Below the pieces are notes generated by a model. The model had not been told where the DNA came from. It did no database searches and worked only from the letters and a program-made list of their open reading frames with translations. DNA of 61,650 nt, the filler included, from Basidiobolus ranarum (Eukaryota), in assembly GCA_040143965.1 (NCBI GenBank). It is 10 parts of 10 records of this genome, joined end to end, with 100 filler letters (N's around TTAATTAATTAA, not from the genome) between each part and the next. Parts side by side here need not be neighbours in the genome. Positions count along the whole stretch, not along the records: positions 24,731 to 30,807 come from JASJQH010008293.1; positions 30,908 to 36,981 come from JASJQH010008294.1; positions 37,082 to 43,155 come from JASJQH010008295.1; 7 more parts are not named here. One strand, 5' to 3'. The position numbers and the translations under genes are program-made. Each line of letters starts with the position of its first letter. Positions within the stretch are counted from its first letter, which is position 1. Of this stretch, positions 26,103 to 37,470 are shown one piece after another.

Positions 26103-27432
26103 ATTGCCAAGTCAAAGCTAGCAAGAAATAGTTACCACTTGCTGGTTAGCAGTTGAGAACTTTGGTTGTAGCAAAGTAGCACAGATCCTAATGATCACAG
26201 TGGACTGTGATTGTACGATTTAAAACAAATTTTTGGAAATATATAATAGCTATGAGGAACACAACGATACTTGATAACTAAACTTGGTTCTAGATCTATT
26301 TGCCACACCAATGAAAATCAGTTAATGTCAAGCAGATCATCTCAGACCATATGAATCTGCGTATTCATCACTGTCAAGTATAAGCACTGCATAGCTTTGT
26401 TTACAAATTCATAGATATTGGGAATAGCATTTCATCGGTTTTTGGGCGAAATTGCTACAAAGTATAGATATTAAGTTGACCAAATATAGCACCATTATAG
26501 CTAGATATTATGCCAAACTACTTCCATTGATGAGCCACACTCTATCCTATGGGCTCTCACACTCAGCCCAGAGTTAAACAAATAACCATTCTATGATACA
26601 AGAGGCAAATAAGAGTTTCCAACAATCGCTAAATGTGGCTTCCAAAGATCAGAATGATGGAGTAAAGTGAGGTGATGATTGAAAGTTTTGACATGAACGA
26701 CGCAAATAGTAATTGTATTTCTCCAGTTTATTAATCGACTCAATATCAAGTAGTGACTATGAATAGAAGTAAATCTCGCAGTTTTAGTACCACGTCAAGC
26801 ATTGGAAATTTGTTCATCGAAATCCTCCTTTCTATTTCTGGACGAATTGCCATGGTCGAAGCTTTTTGAGCATCTACATTTGTATTGCACTGTACCTCCA
26901 TGCTACGCTATAGTGCAATCGGAGCTCAATCTGATGTGCAAAGATGGACACCGCAATATTGAACCAATTGTTGGCCATGGCTAGCATCTCACATCCGTCA
27001 GAAGCAGCAGTTCAAATAAAGAGAATACATTGATACCAAATACAAAACAGCATTGACAACCGTACTTGAAATTAAGTGCATTCAAGTATCATTGGCATGA
27101 GCTTTTCAGGCAGTTGAAACTAAGTCTCTGCTTGAATGTACGGTTTACCAACTATCATTAGATACTGGTCAACCAGACATGGAAAATATAACTCAACAGC
27201 GGTGGATAGTAAAGTGACACATACAACAAGTCAAGATTTCATAAATTTATCGTAACAATATCTATTACATGTCAAATACATTCGAGGCTGTACTCACTCA
27301 AGAGAAAAAAAAGGCGACAAAGTTCGTTCACACATAGCTACACAATTTACAGATTTTATGCTTGCTACATATGAAATAAAGTCATTAAAAGCAAAGATGA
27401 CATTCTGTAACGAAGGCTGATCTCTGGGTCTT

Positions 27433-28322
27433 CTATAGGTAGTCGGCTGATTTCCTGACAATACGTTGAACCTTCTTTTTGAATGTAGGATAGTCGTTAC
27501 GCCATTCCTTGGCAGCTTCAATATTAGCTGGAGACTCGTCATTAGGACTAGAAAGCATAGAAATAACACTGATCAAAATAGTCTCAACAGTATGAACAGG
27601 AAGCCAACGCTCGTTTGCCTGTTCATATCCGTACTTATCTTCACCAGGAGGGTGCTGAAAATATGGTCGGTTAAAAATAATTTCGCAAGCATACATCGAA
27701 TGCTAGAAACTTACCAAGATGGAGATACAGACTTCGCCATCAGGGTATACTATCAATAAATAGACATATTAGAGTGAGAATGAGCTGTGTGATGCAATGA
27801 TATAAAAGTAGAAGCAAATACCATTAGGATGCCACATATCATTACTGAATTTCAACTTTGGAGGCATGAGAGGGTAATCCTATATCAAAAAGCAAGGTTA
27901 GATATAAATTATTTCTGGCTCTATATTCAAAGGCAACTAACAGTTGGGAAAGTCATTTTAGCGGTAAAGAAGCCCCCTTCACTATATGGTACAGAAAAGT
28001 AAGTATTATTACTATAGAAACAGAGTAGCAGAGATTCTTACTAAAGAGTATCAGGGGGGCCTAGGATCATTATCTCCCACTAAGATAAAAGTTAATGACG
28101 AGAATTCTATGCAAAAGAAAATAAGTATAAATACTTCGTAGATATTGCTGTCATCAACCAAGCCAGCAGAAAATCCCTCTACAGGATGTTTGGTTAACTC
28201 TATAAAAGCAACAAATAAACGATTAGTATTGAAGTAATTCCATATGCTAGGCACTAGGAGAGATTAGTCTGATTACCTCTTAATTGCTTTCTGAGCAGAA
28301 GGGCAGATTGTTCTTGAGCCAT
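27433..28322 (-). CDS. UBE2G1: Ubiquitin-conjugating enzyme E2, UBE2G1/Ubc15 (Ubc7/Cdc34 family); exons 28277-28322, 28135-28199, 28042-28079, 27942-27981, 27822-27879, 27715-27749, 27433-27654
   Basis: All six introns are GT-AG and phase-consistent. Protein MAQEQSALLLRKQLRELTKHPVEGFSAGLVDDSNIYEW...[44 protein letters not shown], with the HPN motif, catalytic Cys and acidic loop. Confidence 0.95.
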
Positions 28323-30366
28323 TTTGTATATGAATAAGCCGAGACTGTGTGCAATAATTAGAGACTAAATAACTCTGAAGATGTAAAACACCGTTAAATA
28401 TTTTTTTATCCAATTACACGGGAACATCTACTCTGACGAAACTAAATTTGAAGATCAAAATCTAACGTTGACGAATGGGTTGATCTAGGCACTATTAATA
28501 ATACTTTACTACGTCGTTAATAGCCCCTTTATAGCTAGATGGATCAATTCTGATCGTATTAGTCAGAATATTCGGAAGAGAAACACACAATGGTTAAGTG
28601 CACTTGGGTAGTTTGTTTGTGTAAAAGTATTACACTCCAACTGGTATTTGAATAGTATCTAGAAAAGAGGACCTGCCCCTGAATCATGGGCAATTTTTAG
28701 GATCAGCGACCTTTAATACAGATTATATTAAGTGCATGAGCTGAACATACTTATAAATCATTATACTTGCATGCCAATAGATATTTCAATTAGTGATTAA
28801 AAGAATCCTGACTGGTGATGGAAATAACTATCAGAAATTATCGATGAACATAAACTTGAAATGGATTAAGATGCGCAGCCGTCATTCAATTCTGATGTAT
28901 TGAAGTAATCCAAGCTCATGTCCAGTCTGACTCGCAACATCGGCCATCCTCTAGTATCTCTAGTTCCATAGACCAATCCTTGCATAATTTTGAATTACGC
29001 ATGTTCCACTCTAAACGTATCCTTTCTCTAATAATATGTTGGATTTTTTTAATCCTCTTACTATATGGATATTTGTGCTGGAGCTCTCTCCTATCAGTTG
29101 GGTATGGAGTCGAGGATCCCCTCTCCCATATAGCTTTTGGTTATGTCTTTAAGGAATTTGAAATACCTAATTTCGACATTCCCCTGTGTCCCAACGTAGA
29201 AAGCCCTATACTTCTCGGGAGAAATTGGTGTATATCATGCTAGTTATTCATATTAGCAGTCCAGCCCTTTGAATTCTTGAAAGTTCAAACCGCTACAGCC
29301 AGCGAAGAGTATCACATCTAAATTTAGCACGGTACCACTACTTTAGCGTTTAAAATTGCCAAGCTGTTGACTCTAGAGCCATCGCTGGTTCTTATACTAG
29401 TACTGATAATATCATATATCCATGACCTAAGTCAAGTGCTTCTTTTTATTCGCTGGTTAGTTCGAAGAAGCCTCTTCAACCATTAAGAAAGTTATTGAGA
29501 ACAAACCACGTTTGTTGGGTACCATGGCAAGTGGTTCGTTCTGGGAGCATGCACTTGGAGTATGTCGGTAAGGTACTCAGTTAAGCTATTGAAGATATAT
29601 TGTGACTGTTTATGGAAAGTTTGAGAATAAGGAGTGTATGTTGGTAGCTTCAGCCTCTAAGGTTCTATAAAGTAATGTGTCTATCGATAGTACATCTATC
29701 TTCAATATTGGCTAATTTTGGAAAATATAAGCCTCAAATTTATCTCGGCATGTGTCCTGATATAAAGGTATTGATAGCGTCATTTTTACTACACCTTTAG
29801 CCTCTTACGATCTCTTAATAGTTGTACTTAGGGGCCAGACTTTTTTACATTGATCCCGATGGTACTAGCATTGGGAGTAATCTCTATTCTATTGGCTCTG
29901 ACTCTGCTTTTGCCTACTGTGTTTTAGATACTGAATATGGCTGATGCTTTGGAGATCGGTTCACGTTTTGAATACCATGCCACTGATCATGATGCTCTGG
30001 TGGTTAGGTATCCTCTCACTCTTGCAGTAAATCATGCCACAGAACATGGTGAACATTGGCAGTACCAAAATATTGCTAAACCAGTCATCTATCATGTTAT
30101 TATTAATCTTGATTTTCTCATTTTTTTCTTGACTTTCATCTCTGTACATAAAGAGTCACTCTAATGCTATCGATAGTTTATTGATAGTTTGGAAGTTAGA
30201 TAAGCAATTGTCTTGCGATTGGCTTTATTCAGTCCTCTTACAACATAGTGTTGAGTCGCTGATTATTTTGGTATATTTTGTGTTGGGTAGGAATATATAT
30301 TAAGATTTGTGTTTCAAAATAACGGTGGGTCAAAAAGTCGGAATGAGTTATGGATACTTAAGCGAA

Positions 30367-30807
30367 TCAATTTAAAGATCCAAATAGTTCTCTCTTCACA
30401 CAAACAGGGCCATGTTCCAGTTCTAAGATGATGCATTCTTCAGGGGAAAATTCTGGTGCAACATTATTTTTTGGATTAGGTGTATCATTTGTAATTTGGT
30501 CTGGAGAGCCAGGTGCATTGGCAGGGTTACTTGAGGTTTGATGGTCCTTGTTAGGATTGCTCAATTCATTAGGTTGAGCTCGGAAGCCCGGCTGATTGTT
30601 GTTGGGAAAATCAACTCCTGGTTGAAATTCACGGTTAGTCTGTTCGGATGGAGCTCTAAAGTTACCAGGGTTGGTTTGGCCCGGTTGAGATCCAAAATCA
30701 AAGTTAGGTTGTTCTTGCTGTGGTCTAAAGTCACCGGAGTCAGCCTGCCCTGGTTGAGGTCTGAAGTTGGAGTTGGGCTGTTCTTGCTGAGGTCTAAAGT
30801 CACCAGA
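30367..30807 (-). CDS. C-terminal part of a Gln/Pro/Asn/Gly/Phe-rich tandem-repeat protein (5'-truncated)
   Basis: Frame open from the contig end: SGDFRPQQEQPNSNFRPQPGQAD-SGDFRPQQEQPNFDFGSQPGQTN-PGNFRAPSEQ...CIILELEHGPVCVKRELFGSLN*. The unit is 69 bp/23 aa. Confidence 0.75.
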   Translation of the reverse strand, partial: SGDFRPQQEQPNSNFRPQPGQADSGDFRPQQEQPNFDFGSQPGQTNPGNFRAPSEQTNREFQPGVDFPNNNQPGFRAQPNELSNPNKDHQTSSNPANAPGSPDQITNDTPNPKNNVAPEFSPEECIILELEHGPVCVKRELFGSLN

Positions 30808-30907
30808 NNNNNNNNNNNNNNNNNNNNNNNNNNNNNNNNNNNNNNNNNNNNTTAATTAATTAANNNNNNNNNNNNNNNNNNNNNNNNNNNNNNNNNNNNN
30901 NNNNNNN

Positions 30908-33900
30908 TATAAAACCGGAGATCTGGCTCGCTATCTCCCAGATGGAGTGCTTGTATTCCTTGGTCGCAACGATCATCAGGTCAAAATTCGAGGCATTCGG
31001 ATTGAAGTAGGCGAGATTGAGGCACGCCTTATCGAACATCCCCAGGTACAGGAAGCAGCTGTGATAACTGTTGGTGAGGGAAATGACAAGCGCATGGTTG
31101 CCTATGTTGTGGCTGAGTCGGCCGAACATCTTCCTCACATACTACGTGCTTATCTCAAGACGAAGCTCCCCGAACACTTGGTACCAATCAACTATGTGTG
31201 CCTGGATGAACTTCCGTTGTCACCTAATGGTAAACTTGATCGCCGGGCCCTCCCTGCAATAGATGACAAAGCTCTTGCTCGCGAGGTATACGAAGCACCT
31301 GAAGGTGAGATTGAGATTGCCCTGGCAGGCATCTGGAGCGTACTGCTTCAAGTTGAACACATCAGTCGGAAAGACAATTTTTTCGCACTTGGTGGTCACT
31401 CACTACTGGCCGTACGTTTGATGAACCGTGTGGTGGACCTAGGAGCAGAATTACCATTGGCAATGATTTTTTCTTCTCCCAACCTCGCATCACTTGCTAC
31501 TACTGTTGAGCAGCATTTGAATCAAAAAAACACTGGACCCCGTGCCATTAAGTCAGTTTCACGCATGGGGGCTCTGGAACCGTCATTCACTCAGGAGAGT
31601 TTGTGGTTCGTATCCCAACTCAATGATAAGGCCAGCGTAACCTACAATATACCACTAGCAATGAAATTTCGCGGAGAACTGGACGGGATGGCCTGGCAGC
31701 AAGCATTGAATACCTTATTCGCACGCCACGAAGTTCTACGATCTGTGTTTCACAATATCGATGGTAGACCCAAGGTGGAACTACTGAATCCAGGATTAGG
31801 CATACCAATCAAATGGCACGATTTAAGGGGCGTTCCCAACGTTCGGGTACAAATTGAGAGTTTGACTGCGATGGAAATGTATTCGCCATTTGATCTAGCC
31901 CAAGGGCCACTGGTTCGAGCTCGTTTAATACAACTTTCAGGCAATGAATACATTTTTCTGTTCACCATATATCACCTTGTCTCGGATGGCTGGTCTGCTG
32001 GATTAATCACAAATGAATTGAATACTTTGTATGCAGCCTATCGTGCAGGTCAGCCTGATCCATTGCCACCACTTTTCATCCAATACTCCGACTATGCTGC
32101 CTGGCAAAAGAAATGGCTATCTGGTGAGAGACTACAGGATCAGAGTGCATACTGGCAGGAGGTACTCGCTAATGCACCCGCTCTGCTCGAACTGCCTACT
32201 GATCGGCCGCGACCTCCGCAGCAGTCCTTTGCTGGAGCCGTGTCGAAGATTCACCTTGATAAACAGATGACACTGGCACTCAGACGCCTGAGCCAAGAGT
32301 ATGGTGTAACCTTATTTGTAATCTTGTTGAGTGCATGGAGTGCCGTCTTGTCTCGTCTCTCTGGTCAAGACGATATTCTCATTGGTTCAATGAATGCAAA
32401 TCGCAACCATCATCAAGTCGAGGGATTGATCGGATTATTCGCCAATCTCCTTGTGTTGCGCATTGATCTTTCTGGGAAGCCGAGTGTATCCCAGCTGCTT
32501 GAACGCGTCTGGCATTGTACACTAAATGCTCAAAATAATCAAGACATTCCCTTTGAAGAGGTCGTTAGAGTCGTAAATCCTCCTCGCAAGCTGGATCATA
32601 CTCCGATATTTCAGGTCACATTTACTTGGCAAAATATCGATATGGGGACATGGGATTTGCCTGGTTTGGAAGTGACATCCGATTTTTCTAGCTTCAACAC
32701 AGCTTCATTCGATCTTGAACTGGATCTGCAAGAAGTTGATGATGAGATTATAGGGGAATTGTGTTTTGCGACCGCTCTGTTTGACCACCAGACGATTGAG
32801 CGATACATCAGTTACTTGAAAGCCATGTTGCAAGCAATGATGAATCATCCGAAGCAGTCTATTGCTACACTTGATATTATTTCTCCTGATGAGCGTAAGG
32901 TCTTGCTAGAATCACGAAATGAGACACATATGCTGTATCAAGAACATATGTGTATTCACCAGTTGTTCGAACAGCAAGTGATGCGTACTCCTAATGCCAC
33001 TGCTTTGGTATATGAGGGCGAGGTATGGAGCTACGAAGAACTGAATACGCGTGCAAACCGACTCGCACATCAGCTCATAAGTCTGGGCATCAAGCCAGAT
33101 ATGCGCATAGCAATCTGCGTGGAACGCTCACCAGCCATGGTGATGGGGTTGCTCTCAATCTTAAAGGCAGGTGGTGCTTATGTTCCATTAGACCCTACAT
33201 ACTCTACCAATCGCCTTTCTTACATGATAAACGACGCGGCCCCAATGGTGTTAATAGCGGATGAGGCTGGGCGTAGTGTATTGAGTAAAGAGGCTCTTAC
33301 TTCTGTGACAATACTTGATCTGAATACACAAATCACATTTCCTTGTACTAATCCGACCATTCCTGATTTGGCCTCGAGTCACCTTGGATGTGTAATATAC
33401 ACTTCGACCATCACTGGTAAGCCAAAAGGGGTGATGATGGAACATCGAAATATAACGAATCTCATCCAAGGCCAATGGAACTATCTTGAAGTCAACTCCT
33501 CCAGTCGGGTGTTGCAGCTTGCTTCGCTCAGTGTGGATATGAGTATCTTGGAAATATTCATCGCGATAGGCTATGGTGCCGGCTTGTATCTTCCTCCTGA
33601 TGCTGTGTACATTGATCGAAGTATGTTGTGGAATTACCTAGCAACCCATGAAATTACACATGTAGCCTTAACTCCATCGCTACTTCAAGATGGAAAGGAT
33701 TTACCTGTTTTGAGATCACCACTTACACTTATCACAAGGGACCAAGTGCTTAGTGCAGCATTACTTCGAACTCTGATCCCTCAAGGCATTGTTGTCACCC
33801 TCTACGGTCCAACAGAAATATCAGTTGGCGCCGTTACATGGCGTTGTCCACCAGATTTTGATGGTGAATTGGTTCCCATTGGCCGACCAATTGCAAACAC

Positions 33901-35311
33901 TCGTGTCTATTTGTTGGACAATTATGGCCAGCCAGTACCCTTGGGAGCAGTAGGTGAAATCTACATTGGAGGGGCCAGTGTCACCCGTGGCTATTTGAAC
34001 CTTCCTGAAATGACTGCTGAGTGCTTCCTCTTCGACCGGTTTAATGCAGATGAGGGATCTCAGATGTACAAAACTGGTGATCTGGCCCGCTACCTTCCAG
34101 ATGGCAATTTGGAGTTTGTCAGCAGTAGAGTTCGCCAAGTCAAGATTGAAGGGATGCAAGTAGAAGTAAATGAGATCGAAGCATGCCTTACCAAACACCC
34201 TCAGGTGCGAGAGGCTACTGTGATTCCACTTGGTGATGAAAGAACCTCCACTCATCATGTGTGTGAGATGCCACAAGGTAAAATTGAAACTGTGCTTGCA
34301 GGCATCTGGAGTGATCTGTTACATATAGAACATATTAATCGTCATGACAACTTTTTCTCGCTTGGGGGTGACTCACTACTCGCCATAATGATGGCCAGTC
34401 AGATTATGACTGCCTTAAACATCGAGGCTACGGTACGTATGGTATTTGAATCTCCTACTATTTCAGGATTGACACAGCGTATGCTCGAGTCAGAGAGTTC
34501 TCAAGATGATTCAGTGAATATTTTGATTCCCATCAAACCGACAGGTACTCGTCCACCTCTTTTCTGCATTCATACTTTGGTCGGCCATCCCTGGAGCGTG
34601 ATTGATCTGGCAAGATATCTAAACAAGGAGCAGTCTGTTCATTATCTTGAAGCCCGTTTACGCAGTAATGTTACTTCGATAGACGCGGCTTTTGATATCA
34701 TGGCGTTAGAGTGTGTGAATCAGATACTCCGTGTTCAGACAAAAGGACCTTACTATCTTCTTGGATGGTCCTACGGTGCCAGCATAGCTCACCGCATTGC
34801 TGTTCAACTTGAACTCCAAGGAATGAGAGTGGAGTTGCTCGCTTTACTGGATGGCTACCCCGACTACTCCGATCCAGACGAAAAATCCAAATCTGATATT
34901 TCATTCCTGGAGAAGCAACAAAGTTTTAAATATCCTAAACCCGAAAACACAGTAGAGATGAGTCAGGAAACTACTTGTTGCTCGTTCTTTAACTGCTTTA
35001 ACTCAGAAAACATAGCCATTGCCGGGAAATATTTTTGGGAGAAATACCGAGACTTGCTCAGCAAGGCCTCAAAGAAGGTACCCCATCGCATTTACAAGGG
35101 TGATCTACTGTTCGTTCATGCCACTGAAAAAAAAGATGGATCTGCTCCGCTACTCTCTCCTGATTTATGGAAGCCCTACGTACGTGGCAATATCGAGACT
35201 TACGGCATCTGCTGTCAACAAGAAGACATGATTAGATCGGAATTCACTTCGCAAATTGCTCAGATTTTGGGACGTAAACTCGACCAACTACATCAGGCCC
35301 AACAAGATTGA
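30908..35311 (+). CDS. Intronless bacterial-type non-ribosomal peptide synthetase, 5'-truncated: [A partial]-T-C-A(degenerate)-T-TE
   Basis: YKTGDLARY, GRNDHQVKIRG, PLSPNGKLDRR; T1 GGHSLL (31391-31402); C domain YHLVSDGWS (31970-31990); A motifs SYEELNTRANRLAH, KAGGAYVPLDP, YGPTE; T2 GGDSLL (34364-34375); TE GWSYG (34763-34777). Confidence 0.97.
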   Translation, partial: YKTGDLARYLPDGVLVFLGRNDHQVKIRGIRIEVGEIEARLIEHPQVQEAAVITVGEGNDKRMVAYVVAESAEHLPHILRAYLKTKLPEHLVPINYVCLDELPLSPNGKLDRRALPAIDDKALAREVYEAPEGEIEIALAGIWSVLLQVEHISRKDNFFALGGHSLLAVRLMNRVVDLGAELPLAMIFSSPNLASLATTVEQHLNQKNTGPRAIKSVSRMGALEPSFTQESLWFVSQLNDKASVTYNIPLAMKFRGELDGMAWQQALNTLFARHEVLRSVFHNIDGRPKVELLNPGLGIPIKWHDLRGVPNVRVQIESLTAMEMYSPFDLAQGPLVRARLIQLSGNEYIFLFTIYHLVSDGWSAGLITNELNTLYAAYRAGQPDPLPPLFIQYSDYAAWQKKWLSGERLQDQSAYWQEVLANAPALLELPTDRPRPPQQSFAGAVSKIHLDKQMTLALRRLSQEYGVTLFVILLSAWSAVLSRLSGQDDILIGSMNANRNHHQVEGLIGLFANLLVLRIDLSGKPSVSQLLERVWHCTLNAQNNQDIPFEEVVRVVNPPRKLDHTPIFQVTFTWQNIDMGTWDLPGLEVTSDFSSFNTASFDLELDLQEVDDEIIGELCFATALFDHQTIERYISYLKAMLQAMMNHPKQSIATLDIISPDERKVLLESRNETHMLYQEHMCIHQLFEQQVMRTPNATALVYEGEVWSYEELNTRANRLAHQLISLGIKPDMRIAICVERSPAMVMGLLSILKAGGAYVPLDPTYSTNRLSYMINDAAPMVLIADEAGRSVLSKEALTSVTILDLNTQITFPCTNPTIPDLASSHLGCVIYTSTITGKPKGVMMEHRNITNLIQGQWNYLEVNSSSRVLQLASLSVDMSILEIFIAIGYGAGLYLPPDAVYIDRSMLWNYLATHEITHVALTPSLLQDGKDLPVLRSPLTLITRDQVLSAALLRTLIPQGIVVTLYGPTEISVGAVTWRCPPDFDGELVPIGRPIANTRVYLLDNYGQPVPLGAVGEIYIGGASVTRGYLNLPEMTAECFLFDRFNADEGSQMYKTGDLARYLPDGNLEFVSSRVRQVKIEGMQVEVNEIEACLTKHPQVREATVIPLGDERTSTHHVCEMPQGKIETVLAGIWSDLLHIEHINRHDNFFSLGGDSLLAIMMASQIMTALNIEATVRMVFESPTISGLTQRMLESESSQDDSVNILIPIKPTGTRPPLFCIHTLVGHPWSVIDLARYLNKEQSVHYLEARLRSNVTSIDAAFDIMALECVNQILRVQTKGPYYLLGWSYGASIAHRIAVQLELQGMRVELLALLDGYPDYSDPDEKSKSDISFLEKQQSFKYPKPENTVEMSQETTCCSFFNCFNSENIAIAGKYFWEKYRDLLSKASKKVPHRIYKGDLLFVHATEKKDGSAPLLSPDLWKPYVRGNIETYGICCQQEDMIRSEFTSQIAQILGRKLDQLHQAQQD

Positions 35312-37470
35312 GCACACTGGTGGTGTTTGATACGGTGACTGCATTCCAATAGGAGAGGTGTGTGGACATTTTCGTTGCAATGTAAATAATATATCCAATG
35401 ATCTCTATAGAGTTCGTCACTAGTTCGAAAATGAATACTGCATATGAAATAAAGTGAAATCATACTCTATTAGCAATCTGACACAGCAATGTAGAACATT
35501 GGATTCTGGATGATAGCCATCTCCATCATAGGATACCGACATCCCTTATCCAACATACCACTTGTTGTTGAGTGCAACACCAGTACTTTAAGAGGTGAAT
35601 TAGAATGAATCGAAGCCCGAACTTGATTTGTAGCAACCAGCAAATCCTAAATCCAACCCATACTCTGTGTATGCCGGAATGCGACTTGAATTCATATTGC
35701 GTTGCTCAGGTTATTCACTAGTGATACAAATTGTCTCATGGTTCACACGACTATTCAAGCCAAAATAAGCATATGAGTGATGAGAAGGTGTGAGCAACAA
35801 TCAGAGTATGGATGGAGAATGTGACTGACAACTTAGCAGCAAATCTAGCCCTTCGAATCCATATAGTATAAATCATCCTGATCGCACAAATCCTTGCTTG
35901 TGCACTGACTTGTGGTACACTTCTTGAAACCACAACGATATGCTCGACTCTGACGATCCATCTCGTTCGTATCCGCGAAACTCTTGCGCAAACATTTCCC
36001 TCCACTCATAATTGGAATTACCGTCACACTAATTGGAGCACATATGATTGGATCTGGACCGAAAACCCGGTGGAAATTGTATGGACTGCCTTAACGTCAA
36101 TACTCCCAGCACTAATTACTTGACTTATTGGAATTCACAGTCTTAAATGTGATTATTCCTTTCATCTTCAGACCCAGTATTTATGGAAGTTGGACCTTAT
36201 ATTCTGAGCTCACATTGCTCATTATTTTTGCCACTCTCTATTATGAGAGAAAATCACATGGCTGGACCGATTTCGACCAACAAGTTTTGGAGTAAATATA
36301 TTCTTGCATGTGAGCTCTATGCTTACTAACCATCTTCTTTATGTGATATAGGTTTTGTTAAGAGATTGTTTGATTGATTTCTCTGCAAACATCAAAATAA
36401 AGCAATAGATTAATTTTCAATCAGCCTGAATATATTGATATACCTAATTATAAAACTCAGGATTCTGAACGGTGAGCTTAAGCCAACAAAAGCAATGTTG
36501 TGCACCAACATACAAAACCACATAACTTATGTCACCATTAACTTGCATTAGTACCTGTTTAGTTAATCACTGTTGCTGATAATTCACCTGACCATATCCA
36601 GTGACTCTATGATGTGATTTGTCCTATGGCTATCTCTCTTTTCTCTAATCCCTATTTTAAGATCACAAGATCTGGTATGTGATCAATGCCTAATAATATA
36701 TCTTTTGTATCACAATTTGTAATCTATTTGCTTGATTCTTACTAGTTCTGTTGTCTATGAGAAAGTATATATAAAGTTACCTAAACCTTTTGATTTAGTA
36801 CGTGCCTCAATAAAACCTAGTTTCTTACTATCTCCCTTGTGTATCTTTATGTTATTGCATTCCTTTTCTAATATGCTGTATTAGGCTAGTATACCTAGCA
36901 GTGAAGGAACACCAAGCCTAGCTGTCTAGCAAACTAACTCTCTACCATTACATGATCAGGATCTGCACTACTAATATCTCCNNNNNNNNNNNNNNNNNNN
37001 NNNNNNNNNNNNNNNNNNNNNNNNNTTAATTAATTAANNNNNNNNNNNNNNNNNNNNNNNNNNNNNNNNNNNNNNNNNNNNAAGGCACCAGTATTGCACT
37101 CCCAAACGGGGTGGATCAGCCAATTACTGTTCTTCCACTCTTTCTGGACCTGGTATATGCAGCAAATAAACCGGCCAGCTTCAACCAAATAGGGTAGATT
37201 GATCCTGATTGACACTCCCTCTCAATCTGGAATTTCAGGATAGGCATATCGTGTTGCCTGAACACTGGCCTCCATTTGTGGAGCCAACTGATCGGATGCG
37301 GATAAGAGCTTAATGGCCAACGTCCAACGTCCAACGTCGGCTGTGACAATCCCGAAATTGATATAGATGACCTGTCTGATGAGTTAAATTACAGGGAGCT
37401 ATGGTTTAGGTTTTCCCAGCTTGATATAAATATGATATGGCCTTGGGCGCCATCGGTATAAGCTGCAACG

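Noticed and set aside
28980-30164. Possible decayed gene (a weak caspase-like ACSQNE...GLFS string on the minus strand)
   Set aside because: Too many stops and too little similarity to support a call.
35751-36027. Cys-containing minus-strand ORF downstream of the NRPS as a tailoring or precursor peptide
   Set aside because: No clear start, signal peptide or family motif; may be a pseudogene fragment.
36496-36951. LTR-like segment (TG start, TATA, AATAAA, CA end, CpG-poor)
   Set aside because: No second copy, PBS/PPT or internal domain is visible, so the boundaries are unsupported.
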